A stretch of DNA of 64,000 nt from positions 10,478,001 to 10,542,000 of the forward strand of contig NC_043009.1 in assembly GCF_006345805.1 (NCBI RefSeq), written 5' to 3'. Source of the stretch: Octopus sinensis (lineage: Eukaryota). The stretch's first letter is position 1; every line of letters starts with the position of its first letter. Positions 26,176 to 38,984 of the stretch are shown one piece after another. The translations under genes were made by a program, and so were the position numbers. The notes below the pieces were generated by a model, which saw nothing but the letters and a program-made list of their open reading frames with translations, was not told the DNA's origin and searched no databases.

Positions 26176-26959
26176 AGAGAGAGAGATGAGAGAGATAGAC
26201 GAGATGAGGGAGAAGAGAGAGAGACAGGGAGGAGAGAGAGAGAGAGAGAGAAAGCATCGTGTGAAAAGAGAACAATAGAGAGATAGAGAAAGGTGAAGGG
26301 GCATGGTTTGGTAGATAACATGGAGGATACCTCACTATCTTGCATCTCTCTGTCTGTCTCCATCTTTCTATTACTCCTTCTGTGTGTCAGAAATACAGAA
26401 AAATGTGTGAGTGAAAGTGAGAGGGAAGATGTATAGTGAGTGAGTAACAGATAGACTAAAGGAGAGATAACGATAGAGAAATAGATACAGATCTAAAGAG
26501 AAGGAAAGATAGAGAAAAAACAGAAAATGTACGGGAGTAGGAGAAATACAAAGATTATTACATTCTCGTAAACATTCATTCAAACACACATTATATATAT
26601 ATATGTGTGTTTGCTTGTAACGAGCGAAAGAGAGAGATAGAGATAGAGTGTGTGTGAGTGAGCGAGAGCGAGAGAGAGAGTGAAAGAGGGAGTGAAAGAA
26701 AGCGAGAGGTAGATTGTGTGTGTGTTGGAGAGAAGGACGGATGAAAAGGGGGTGGGGAGAAAGAAAGTTAGAATAAGAGAGAGAAGGCAAAGTTAAGAGG
26801 ATGAGAAGGAGTGATTCGTGTTGTCGGCTGCAGTTTATGACAAATAAACCAACTGAATGGAAATGATTGGCGATTGATTCCTCCTCTTCTTCTTCCACTG
26901 GACTCGCTGAATCTGTAGTCTTCGCGATACCGCCCATCTCTCATTTGTTTCTCCTACCA

Positions 26960-27640
26960 CTTTCTTCTTCTTCTTCTTCTTCTTCTTCTTCTTCTTCTTC
27001 TTCTTTCTTTTTTCTTTTATCTTCTTTTTCTCTTTCTTCTTCTCCTTCTCCTTCTTCTTCTTCTTCTTCTTCTTTTTCTTTCTCTTCTCTTCTCTTCTCT
27101 TACTTCTTCTGCCTCTCGTCTTTCTCTTCGTCTTTCTTCTTCTTCTGTCTTTCTTCTCTACTCTTCTTATCTGCCTCTTCGTCTTTCTCTTCTTCTCTTC
27201 TTCTTCTTCTTTCTCTCTCTTCTTCTTCTGCCTCTTCGTCTTTATCTTATCTTCTTCTTCTTCTCTTTTCTCTCTTTTCTTCTTTGCCTCTTCGTCTTTC
27301 TCTTCTTCATTCTCTTCTTCTTTCTTCTTCTTCTCTTTTCTTTGCCTTTCGTCTTTATCTTCTTCTTCTTCTTCTTCTCTTCTCTTCTCTCTCTTATTAT
27401 CTGCCCTCTTCGTATTCTCTTCTTATTCTGGTCTTATTCTTATTCTTCTTTATCTCTCTTCTTCTTCTGCCTCTTCGTCTTTCTCTTATCTTTTCTTCTT
27501 CTTTCTTCTTCTTCTCTCTCTTCTTATTCCTCTTCGTCTTTCTCTTCTTCCTCTCTTTCTTCTTCTTCTTCTTTCTTTCTTCTTCTCTTCTTCTTTCTAT
27601 TCTTCTTCTTCTTCTTCTTCTTCTTCTTCTTCTTCTTCTT
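26960..27640. repeat. Degenerate CT/CTT polypyrimidine tract
   Basis: Direct reading. It explains ORFs 26867-27697 etc. Confidence 0.95.
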
Positions 27641-27979
27641 TCTCTAAAACACGTGTGTAGACGCAAACACACGCGTAAGATATACGCTTGCGCATGAAAT
27701 TTACACATACATGCAAGCATGTATTTGCACACGAAATGAAACCAAACTGTCGTAAGTTATTTTGCAGTGAGTTAAAAATGTTAAATTAGAGACATTATAT
27801 GTTTCAGAGAAAAGGGAAAGGAAAGAAAACCCCAATAATAATACCTCTTTATCGTAGAAATACTTCTCTCAACCTGACTCTTTCCAACGCAAAAACACAA
27901 GCATGACTAAATAAGAAAATTCTAGAGGATTATATCGTTATAGTTGTCATCAGTTTCGTAGCTTCACCTATAAAAACTA

Positions 27980-28400
27980 CATGGCTATGTGGTAAGGAGC
28001 TTGCTTACCATCCATATGGCTCCGGGTTCAGTCCCACTGCGTGACATGACACCTTCGGCTAGTGTCTTCTACTATAGCCTCGGACCGACCAATGCCTGTG
28101 AGTGAAATTTGTCGACGGAAACTGAAAGAAGCCTGTCGTGTGTGTGCATATATATATAAATATATATATATTGAGGTGTGTGTCTTTGTGCCTGTGTGTG
28201 CCCCCCCCCACCATCACTTGACAACCGGAATTGGTGTGTTTATGTCCCTGTAACTAAGTAGTTCGGTCAAAGAGACCGATAGAAAAAGTACTAGGCTTAC
28301 AAAGAATAAGTCCTGGTGTCGAATTATTTAACTAGAACCCTTCAGGACGGTGCTCCAGCATGGCTGCAGTCAAATAACTGTAACATGTAAAAGAATAAAA
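27980..28400 (+). mobile_element. SINE-A
   Basis: Head, B-box and tail. Confidence 0.85.
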
Positions 28401-28641
28401 GCATTCATACAAAATATGTGTGTGTGTGTGTGTGTGTGTGTGTATCTTTATGTGTATAAATGCGTTTAATGTGGTTGGCTGTCGAAAGAAGAGTGCCCGA
28501 CCCCACTGTAGCAATAAATGATACTTCGCTGATCGAATTTAGTCTCTCGCTACTCTGAGTTTCGCCTGTGAGTAGAGAGGGTCTTGAGGCAGGTTTCGAC
28601 TAAACAAAATGATGGAACATATGTACTCACATATACGCGTA

Positions 28642-28672
<31 letters not shown>

Positions 28673-28794
28673 GCACATAGACACACACACGCGCTCATAC
28701 ACACACGTATGTGCGTCTTTGTGTGTGCATTTACATATATCAAATATATGTGTGTATGTTTGTGTGTGTGTGTATATATATATATAAATATATA

Positions 28795-29190
28795 CTCTTT
28801 TACTTGTTTCAGTCATTTGACTGCGGCCATGCTGGAGCACCGCCTTTAGTCGAGCAAATCGACCCCGGGACTTATTCTTTGTAAGCCCAGTACTTATTCT
28901 ATCAGTCTCTTTTGCCGAACCGCTAAGTGACGGGGACGTAAACACCAGCATCGGTTGTCAAGCAATGTTAGGGGGACAAACACAGACCCCCCCCCCCGCA
29001 CATATATATATATATAAATATAATATATATATATTATATATATAGACGACGGCTTCTTTCAGTTTCCATCTACCAAATCCACTCACAAGACATTGGTCGG
29101 CCCGGGGCTATAGCAGAATACAAGGCCAAGATGCCACGCAGTGGGACTGAACCCGGAACCATAGCTGGTTAGCAAGCTACTTACCACACA
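28795..29190 (-). mobile_element. SINE-A
   Basis: Reverse complement of the consensus. Confidence 0.9.
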
Positions 29191-29639
29191 TATGAAAAAA
29201 TACATATACTTTCTCACTTTCCCGAGCGTCAAACTAGTACACTAGTTTCTTTATACACCTGTCTTCGTATTTTGTTTTCCCGTAAATTTCAACTGAATAG
29301 ATATATATATATATGTGTGTGTGTGTGAGTGTGTGTGTGTATGTATGCGTGTGTGTATGCGTGTCATTGTTCAGTGTCATTTCAAGATTTCTTGCCAATA
29401 GGGAAAGAGACGGCTTTTAGCCGAGATCCAAGGTTCCTTCATTGGAATTTCAACATCGACAAATGCTATTTTTGTTTGCATGTATGTATGTATGTATGTA
29501 TGTATGTATGTATGCATGTATGTATGTATGTATGTATGTATGTATGTATGTATGTATGTATGTATGTATGTATGCTTGTATGTATGTATGTATGCTTGTA
29601 TGTATGTATGTTCATTTGTTCGTTCGTTTGTTCCTTTCT

Positions 29640-29850
29640 TTCTTTGTATGCATGTATGTATATTGTGTATCTTTCATCTTTAACTTGCTTCAGCTATTAG
29701 ATTGCGCCCATGCTGGAGCACCGCGTTGCAGACTTTCAATCACGCGAATAGATCTCAGATGTAAGTTTTTTTTTCTTTTAAACTTGGTACCTACCCATCG
29801 GTCTCTTTCGCCGAAACCCTTATTTACGCAAACGTAATCCTACCAACACT
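29640..29850 (-). mobile_element. SINE-A 3' part (diverged)
   Basis: catgctggagcaccgc..tctctttcgccgaa. Confidence 0.65.
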
Positions 29851-30064
29851 GAACAGGTATGTGGTCGCAAATCCTTTCGAATCAACGTGACACCATGTGG
29901 AAGAGAAGTGCACCTTTGAATTACTTGTACACTCCATGTGACGGGTTTCTATATAGTGTCCAATTATCTGACACAAAAATGCATATACACATACATGTAT
30001 ACACACATATATACATATATCTACATACACACACACGCGCGCCCCCCCCCACAAATACGCGCAT

Positions 30065-30500
30065 GCATGGCTGTATTGTAAGAAGCTTGCTTCCCAGCCA
30101 CATGGTTCTGGGTTCAGTCCTACTCCGTGACACTTTCGGCAAGTCTCTTCGACTGTAGCCTCGGGCTGCCCAAAGCCTTGTAAATGGATATTGTAGACGG
30201 AAACTAAAAGTCCGTCGTATATATATGAATATGTGTGGTGGTGTGTGTGTGTGTGTGTGTGTGTGTATCTATCTGTGTGTATTTTTGTGCCTCTGTTTGT
30301 CCCCCTGCTACCGCTTGAGAAACGGTGTTCGTGTGTTTACGTCCGCATAACTTAACGTTTCAGAAAAGCGTTTCATAGAATAAACACTAGGCTTTAAAAA
30401 TTAGTCCTGAGCTCGATTTGTTCAACTAAAACCCTTCAAGGCGATGCTCCAGCATGGCCACAGTCAAATGACTGAAGCAAGTAAGAGAATATAAAAGAAT
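30065..30500 (+). mobile_element. SINE-A
   Basis: Head, B-box and tail. Confidence 0.85.
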
Positions 30501-30536
30501 ATATATCTATATATATACACATATATACGCACACAC

Positions 30537-30571
<35 letters not shown>

Positions 30572-30604
30572 ATATATATATATATAATATATATATAATA
30601 TATT

Positions 30605-30647
<43 letters not shown>

Positions 30648-30654
30648 TATATAT

Positions 30655-30849
30655 GGTATCAGGACAAATTACCCACGAAAACAAAATCCTCTCGGACAAA
30701 TTTTAGCGCAAAAAATAAACTAATAGATATTTAAAAGTTTTTTTTTTTATATAAAATATCACTTTCCTAAAATATTTTTGTCCTAAAGAAACATCAATAT
30801 CCCAGGGATATTGATGTTGTCCTCGGGGGGCGGGGGTTGTCCCATTACC
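30655..30849. mobile_element. Short non-autonomous DNA element with imperfect terminal inverted repeats and an internal palindrome
   Basis: ggtatcaggacaa.. / ..ttgtcccattacc, with a perfect 14-bp-arm palindrome at 30790-30818. Confidence 0.55.
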
Positions 30850-30857
30850 ACACACAG

Positions 30858-30887
<30 letters not shown>

Positions 30888-30888
<1 letters not shown>

Positions 30889-31042
30889 GGAGTGGCTGCG
30901 TGGTAAGAACCTTGCTTCCCAACCGAGTACAGTCTCAGTTCGTGGCATCTTGGGCAAGTGTCTTCTACTATAGCCCCGGACCGATTAATGCGAGTGGATT
31001 TGGTTAACGGGAACTGGAATATATATATGTATATGCATATAA

Positions 31043-31093
<51 letters not shown>

Positions 31094-31285
31094 TGTGTGT
31101 GTGTGTATTTGTGTCTGAATTTGATACCGATGTTGGCTTGTTTACGTTCCCGAGTCGTGGAGGTTCGGCCAAAGAGAATAAGTTCTGGGCTTATAAAGAA
31201 TAAGTCTTGTGATTGATTTCTTTGACTAAAAGCAGTGCTCCCGCATGGCCGCAGTCGAATGACTGACAGAAATAAAAACAAACAA
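30888..31285 (+). mobile_element. SINE-A (internally deleted)
   Basis: Head, B-box region and tail. Confidence 0.8.
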
Positions 31286-31560
31286 ATGAAATATATGTAT
31301 ATATATATTCATGTGTGTGTGTGCGTACATGCATACAATACTCTGCTAAAATGAATGGGTTTGTAAACCTGTGTGTGACCAGTAAAATAACCCACGGTCT
31401 TTCTCACGACAAGCAATGAATATGTGCCTGTTTTGTTTATATACGCCAAGAGTGAATGTATAAATTTACAAATATATATGTGTGTGTGTGTGCGTGTGAT
31501 TAATTGTACTAGTATGTATGTGCGCGCGTGCGCCTGTACTTAAACTGTGGAACAGAGAAA

Positions 31561-31604
<44 letters not shown>

Positions 31605-31804
31605 AAGGTGAGTAAGGTTATTTATCGAGGAAGGAGAAAGTGTTACACAGATGTGTTTTATTGGTTTAGAGTGAGGCAATGGCTAATTGATTCAACTTCG
31701 TATGTGTATTTATGACTGCATAAATAAGTGCATATATATATATACATACATACATATATGTATATGGATATATATATATGAGTGTATATATATAGATATA
31801 TATA

Positions 31805-31837
<33 letters not shown>

Positions 31838-31838
31838 C

Positions 31839-31931
<93 letters not shown>

Positions 31932-31934
31932 GTA

Positions 31935-32250
31935 AGCGTGTTCTTCTTGCAGAGGTTAATTTTATGCAAACTGCCTCTTCAACTGCTATCGAAAACCCAG
32001 CCGTTACTTCCATTCTCCTTACTCTCATTATATTCCTGGTGTGAGCTAATGATGTAATACGGCCAACATCAGCACTGAACACTTCATTTGATCCCTTTTT
32101 ATATGGAATAACAACCATCGAGAATTCCCTCCTCCTTATTTACGTTTTTCCAGCAGGCGTCCATTTATAGAATTTCAATTTGGCTATCAACTACATTGAC
32201 TTCGCCTCTCTGCGAAGAACTCTTCTCGTGCTCTTTGATTTAAAACGAGA
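31935..32250 (-). pseudogene. Possible Polinton/Maverick-associated ORF remnant
   Basis: [29 protein letters not shown] resembles the GSxWVFDSV..LHKIxL motif. Short match from memory only. Confidence 0.3.
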
Positions 32251-32378
32251 AAATCGGTAATAAAAAGATCATATTGAAGCAAACAGCCTAAATAATTCCT
32301 CAGTTAATCTGTGAGTTAGTCTTTCTACCACATCCAAGTGCAGTAACCATTTTCAGCATCTCCATTGAGCCTCAAAAC

Positions 32379-33260
32379 CAGTGGTTCTCAACCGGGGGTC
32401 CATATGGCACTTGGGGTGGGGGTAATATAAGATTTTGTTAAAGCGTATGAACAATACACAAAGCGTTTTAGCAATTTTTTTTCATACAGGCGTAGGAGTG
32501 GCTGTGTGGTAAGTAGCTTGCTTACGAACCACATGGTTCTGGGTTCAGTCCCACTGCGTGGCACCTGGGCAAGCGTCTTCTACTATCCACGGACCGACCA
32601 AAAACTTGTGAGTGGATTTCGTAGACGGAAACTAGAATAAGCCGTCGTATATATGTATAATAATATATATATATATAATATATATATGTGTGTGGTGTGT
32701 GTGTGGTGTGTGTGTGGTGTGTGTGTGTGTGTGTGTGTGTGTATGTTTGTGTATCTGTGTTTGTCCCCCCAACATCGCTTGACAACCGATGCTGGTGTGT
32801 TTACGTCTCCGTAACTTAACGGTTCGGCAAAAGAGATTGATAGAATAAGTACTAGGCTTACAAAGAATAAGTCTTGGGGTCGATTTGCTTGACTAAATGC
32901 GGTGTTCCAGCATGGCCAGAGTCAAATGACTGAAACAATTAAAAGAGTAAAACAGTAAAAGAATTCTTTTCCCAAATAAATTGCACTTCATTTTCAAGGC
33001 TCCGATAAAGCTTTATGGTGTTACTCAGGCACTCAACTATAAGTCTACTGCATTTCAAACCAGAAACAGCTGTAAGCTAATGAAGTTCATAAGATAATCA
33101 TTTATTTCTTTGTCCTCTTTCTTTCTTATCACCATTTCCTAATAGCATTTAGTAATAAACATATAATAGGATTTCTTTCTTTTTTTAATAAGTGGGTCCA
33201 GTAGAGTTAAATAGGAACCAAAGAGGGTTCATAGACAAAACAAATGGTTGAGAACCACTG
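32379..33260. mobile_element. hAT (Charlie-like) MITE with nested SINE-A
   Basis: Exact 15-bp TIRs CAGTGGTTCTCAACC (32379) and GGTTGAGAACCACTG (ending 33260). Degenerate 8-bp TSD ctcaaaac/ctctgtac. Confidence 0.85.
32489..32960 (+). mobile_element. SINE-A, full length, inside hAT MITE
   Basis: ggcgtaggagtggctgtgtggtaag..gtcaaatgactgaaac. Confidence 0.9.
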
Positions 33261-33579
33261 CTCTGTACAGTCGTTAATCTTGCTAAAAATGGCAGTTAAA
33301 ACTGGGCCATTGCGCCTCCTCAGCGTTGATGTTGTCTCTTAATTACTGACTCCATAGCTCTACTGGTAATGATGCTAAGTAATAAAGACGCCGCTATTTC
33401 TAGAGATCGAATTTGGCACTATTCTAATGTTCTTTTATCCTTTACTTGTTTGACTAAAACTCTCAAAGCAGTGTCCCATGCTGGAGTATCACGTTGAGAG
33501 GTTTAATCGAACACATCAAAATCAATACGTATTTATTTATTGCTATGTAGTACGTATTCTATCAGTCTCTATTTCTGAA

Positions 33580-33700
33580 TGGTTGTATGCTTAGAAAATA
33601 TGTTCGTTGGCACGAATTTCGTTCGTCTTCCTGCTCTGAGTTCAAATTCTGCCGAGGTCGACTTCACCTTTCATCCTTTCGGGTTTGATAAATTAAGTAA
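33580..33700 (+). mobile_element. SINE-B 5' fragment
   Basis: ctgagttcaaattctgccgaggtcgac. Confidence 0.75.
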
Positions 33701-34879
33701 GATGAAAAGTGCCGCCCGGGACGGAGCGCCCCCAGCTACGCTAGTGCTAACTTGTACTTGCGGCGGCATTCATTCGGGTGGGATTGAGCCGGTGTTCTGA
33801 TCAACGAGTTCACCACATCTCTGACAAATGCTGATCACATCTGACGGTCGGCAGCAGTCGAAGCTGTGGTGGGTACTCACGTCCGCTTCCTACTTTGCAG
33901 CAATGTTAGTTTAGTTTAGCCCTTTCACTAGAGAAGTGAAGAAAAAAAATCACTAAGGATCCGACTTGGTTGAGGGCTCGTATTGGTTGGCCACATGTCA
34001 CATGGCCAAATGCCACATGGCCAAATGCCACATGAAGTATCTTGCGGAGATGGAGACTGATTGGAACACTGTTCGGAGAGTTGCTTGGGACGAACCAAGC
34101 AAATACCGACAAATGAATGTATGTATGTATCTGTCTGTATAAGTATGTATGTGTATGTGTGAGCTTTTGCGTGCATGTAAGGTGAATGCAGCGATGCGTT
34201 GCAACGGCGCATGCCCTCATACCTGCCCTAACTCATGCTAGAGGCTCTAACTTATTGTAGCTGTCACTTTGCTTGTTGAAACTTCATTTTCTCATCTATG
34301 TCATTAATCTTCTAATTAGTAAAAGATACGATGCTTCCTTCCAGAAGTCCTTTTGCATTTGTCATCACTCTGGAATTGGACTCAAATGTATTTATTGTGA
34401 ATATTTGATCGATGTGACACAAGTCACATCAATTTATGGCACTCAACCCCAATTCCTGTTGAAATCAGTAGCCGCTGTTTCTTAACATCATTATTACGCT
34501 ATATCCTGTAGAGGATTGACTTGGAACCCAAACAACTAAAGAAGGTCACCAAGGAGACAACCTTGGTAACAGAAACAAGTTCAAGGTGATTGCGATTGAC
34601 AAGTGACTGCAGATAGAAAACTTCTGTAAATGAAGGCTAATTCACTAATCAGCTCAGATAAAAAAAAACCAAAAACAGAAAAACATACAGGTTAAGGGAC
34701 GAAACGCTTGGTGTCCTGAGATACTTGTTGAAGATATAGGAGGATTTCCAAACTTGTGATAGATTTAGTCACCACTGGGAGAAGAGCTTACAATATCTTT
34801 AAATAATGCCTACAGTTTCTGCTTACGATAAAGCATCTCAAATGATTATCTAACACCATCTAATACATTCATTATTAAT

Positions 34880-35060
34880 ACTGGCTTCAAATTTTGGCAC
34901 AAGGCCAGCAATTTTGGGATATGGGGTAAGTCGATTACATAGATCCCAGTACTCAACTGGTACTTATTTTATAAGAGGATGAAAGGCAAAGTCGACCTCA
35001 GCGAAATTTGAACACAGGATGTAAAAGACGGACGAAATGCCACTAAACATTTTGGCCACC
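34880..35060 (-). mobile_element. SINE-B copy (alternative tail)
   Basis: ggcacaaggccagc..ggcaaagtcgacctc. Confidence 0.8.
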
Positions 35061-36179
35061 CTATTCTTTGTTAATATTGCCTTGAAAAATACTAGAAAAA
35101 ATCAAATAATTGTAAAGCTTTTTAATCTCTTATAATTCCACTCACGTTTAGAATACTTTTTAAGGAATAAAATTACCTCCTCGACCACAGATTCCCCTCT
35201 AAGCATTAATATTGCTGCAATAAGGCATCAACATTGTGCATTAACTATATTAACTATATTAATATTGTGCATTATGATCACCAGTTGCTGCCCAAAACAC
35301 AAGTTCACGTCCATGTTTTTCCCTGGTAGTTTTCCTGGTTGATGTTGTTGCAGTTTATACTCAGGTAAGCCATGACTGAGTAGACCTTTCTATGGTCACA
35401 AATCACAAACGTTGGAACCAAAACCACTCCGTCTTTCACTCAGATAAAATGTAGACGTAAAGAATTACATTAAGTAAAATGGTCGAGCGTTTGGAGGTAG
35501 ATTTAGCTGCTATATCTAGCTGGTTGAACGATCAGATAGAGGCACGATCGTTTGATGGAGTCAGCTTGTTCATGTTGTTGCTGTTGCTGTTTCATAGTTC
35601 CAAATCAGCACTCATAAACAGACCCATCGTCATCTCATCTTATTTTCAATAACTTAACACAACATTATCCAATACAAACTTCCTTTACGAAGATGGTATG
35701 AGGTGAATTAAGGGAACTTTGGTTACTATTTTCAGCATCTCAAGCTGTCATATACGGGCCCTCTCGTTAGCAATAGTTCATGAGCAGTTGTCAGTTGGAG
35801 GTGAAAAGCTGCAGGTATGTTGATTTGCCAATACTGAGAACTCTAAATGTATATATTTATAATTCACCACCAGAGAGAAATACAACTTAACCGTTATTGC
35901 CAACAGGAATACGGCACAAATATATCATTACCAATGATTTCGACAGTGTACAAAGCTAAAATCCTTCTTCGTTTACAGTTGAAGTCCTTTCAGGGCTATA
36001 CTAGTTCTCCTATTTAAGGGCACAAAAACTCTCATTTTGATAATACCGTGTAAATTATGCATAATGTTAGTAAATGTAGTCTCCAGTTTGGAATACCAAA
36101 GTATTAGAACATGTGAAGGGATTTAAATTATAAGAACGATATGTTTATTGCGCAGTACTATTATTTTTATCCTTTATAA

Positions 36180-36730
36180 GTCGGTGATATGGTAGAATCG
36201 TTAGTATTTCATCCGGTTCTTTACGTTCTGCGCTCAAATCCTACCAAGGTCAACCTTTACCTTTCATCGTTAAACATCGATAAAATAAAGTACCAGTTGA
36301 GCACGGGAGTCAATGTAATTGACATATAAAGCGGCGAGATGCGTAGCCGTATTTCATCTGCCGTTACGTTCTGAGTTCAAATTCCGCCGAGGTCGACTTT
36401 GCCTTTCATCCTTTCGGGGTCAATAAATTAAGTACCAGTTACGCACTGGGGTCGATGTAATCGGCTTAATCTCTTTGTCTGTCCTTGTTTGTCCCCTCTA
36501 TATTTAGCCTCTAGTGGGTAATAAAGACATAAGAAACGTTAGCACGCCAGGTGAAATGCTTAGTGGTATTTCGTTTGTATTTACGCTCTGGGTTCAAATT
36601 CTGCCGAGGTCGACTTTGGCTATCATCCTTTTGGCGTCGATAAATTAAGTACCAGTTGCATACTAGGGTCGATCTAATCGACTGGCCCCACCCCCAAAAT
36701 TTCGGGCCTTGTGACTAGAGTTGAAAAGAA
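36180..36730 (+). mobile_element. SINE-B cluster (old copy plus tail1-tail2 dimer)
   Basis: Bodies at ~36180, ~36340 and ~36535, with junction acata|agaaacgttagc. Confidence 0.85.
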
Positions 36731-37422
36731 TATAATTGACATATTCACTGTTCATAAAAAAACTGCCGTCATTGTACCAAAATCTGACATCATTATTGTT
36801 TTCCTCGTAAAGAGGAATGGAGCGTGTGAAGAATAAAAAAAAAAGAATTGTTTACACTGCTTCAGTTACTTAATTCCTTTGTTCAAAAGTAGTTCTTCTC
36901 AATCAACATTCCACGCTTACGAGAAACAAAAAAGAGTAATAACCAACGAGGGGGCAATTCGAGCGCATGTCATTGGCTTGTAAGATGTAGAGACAGAAGG
37001 AAAAAATCTTCGTCATAAATCTACATTAGAATTCAATCTACATGTGTATTACGCATATCAGTAAGGCATAAAACACTAAAATAAACTTGGCTGATGTGAA
37101 GATAAAAGCTTGAAGCGAAATACTATAAACACAGCCGATGCTAAACAACAGATACACTCGATTTGTTCTAAACAACACTTTTGATATTTTCCAGCCTTAT
37201 TCTATGATGATAGAATAAGCAGAAATGGTGACATTCACAGATTAAAAGATACGTCGCAGTTGTTCTATTTGAACCCCAAATCAATTATTATTGCATTGAT
37301 GTATGATGATCAAAGACGGTCCAGCAATGAACATCCTATTTTTTTCTTTCAGCCATTCAATAAATAACACTACGTTACCCAATGAGCCTTTCCACATGCC
37401 CCATCAATTTATTTTTTAATAT

Positions 37423-38207
37423 ATATTTCTTTACTATCCACAAGGGGTTAAACATAGAGGGGACAAACAAGGACAGACAAAGGGATTAAGTCGATTACAT
37501 CGACCCCAGAGCGAAACTGGTACTTTATTTATCGACCCTGAAAGGATGAAAGGCAAAGTCGACCTCGGCGGAATTTGAACTCAGAACGTAACGACAGACG
37601 AAATACCTATTTCTTTATTACCCACAGGGGCTAAACACAGAGGGGACAAACAAGGACAGACATAGGTATTAAGTCGATTACATCGACCCCCAGTGCGTAA
37701 CTGGTACTTAATTTATCGACCCCGAAAGGATGAAAGGCAAAGTCGACCTCGGCGGAATTTGAACTCAGAACATAACGACAAACGAAATACCTATTTCTTT
37801 GTTACCCACAAGGGGCTAAACACAGAGGGGACAAACAAGGACAGACATAGGTATTAAGTCGATTACATCGACCCCAGAGCGAAACAGGTATTTTATTTAT
37901 CGACCCCGAAAGGATGAAAGGCAAAGTCGACCTCGGCGGAATTTGAACTCAGAACATAACGACAAACGAAATACCTATTTCTTTGTTACCCACAAGGGGC
38001 TAAACACAGAGGGGACAAACAAGGACAGACATAGGTATTAAGTCGATTACATCGACCCCAGAGCGAAACAGGTATTTTATTTATCGACCCCGAAAGGATG
38101 AAAGGCAAAGTCGACCTCGGCGGAATTTGAACTCAGAACGTAACGACAGACGAAATACCGCTAAACATTTCGCCCGGCGTGCTAACGTTTCTGCCAGCTT
38201 GCTGCCC
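37423..38207 (-). mobile_element. SINE-B tetramer, 184-bp period, head only on the 5'-most unit
   Basis: Junctions at 37607, 37791 and 37975. Head gggcagcaagctggcagaaacgttagcacg at 38207-38160. Confidence 0.95.
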
Positions 38208-38496
38208 TTTTATTTTTTAATATAGTAGAGAAAGATTCGACTTCTGTTACATGTGAGATACTTATAATGCAAGGAATGTCTTTGTTATTGAAGAATGGAC
38301 CGCAACTTAGAAATCGGATACCGAATAATGATCTTCTGACTGTTGATTCCAACAGCGAATAGTCATAGGTGATGGGTTCGGGTTACATAAATACACTTAC
38401 TACTGTGTTTCTGTGGTTGAAAATGTATGTGTGGGGGTGTATTTTCATTTATAAACCTGTATGTAAACACTCATACACACACTTATATTTGTCGCG

Positions 38497-38653
38497 CAGC
38501 GTGGCTGTGTGGTAAGAAGCCTGTTTCCCAGCCTCATGTGTCCGAGTTCAGTCTCATTGCGTGATACCTTCGGCAAGTCCCTGCTACTACAGCCTCGGGC
38601 CGACCAAAACTTTGTGAGTGGATTTGATAGACGGAAAATGAAAGAAGCTCGTC

Positions 38654-38657
<4 letters not shown>
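38497..38657 (+). mobile_element. SINE-A 5' half
   Basis: gtggctgtgtggtaagaagc..gagtggatttgatagacgg. Confidence 0.8.
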
Positions 38658-38697
<40 letters not shown>

Positions 38698-38984
38698 TAG
38701 CATTATGACCCGTCGTTGCCGGGTCATAGTGCTAGTGCATGTATATATGTGTATATATATGTGTACATATTACATGTACATCTATCTATATATATATACA
38801 TCTACACATAAAATACAAAATACAAAGTTTTTTAATTTATTCCCATTCATGTGAAACCACTTATTCAAGTTCAAGTCATTGTTGCAATTTTATACCAATT
38901 GCTATTTTTACTTTTGTTATGTTACGATTATATTATACTTTAGTTTGATTTTAATTATTACTTACTACATATAATTCAATTGTT

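Noticed and set aside
34500-34800. Possible RTE-like relic
   Set aside because: Motif similarity too weak to support a call.
35340-35440. Apparent micro-exon with CAG|GTAAGC donor
   Set aside because: Appears to lie in a degenerate interspersed repeat (related text near 37305).
37423-38207. CRISPR-like or prokaryotic repeat array
   Set aside because: Units are 184-bp SINE bodies with no unique spacers, and the context is eukaryotic.
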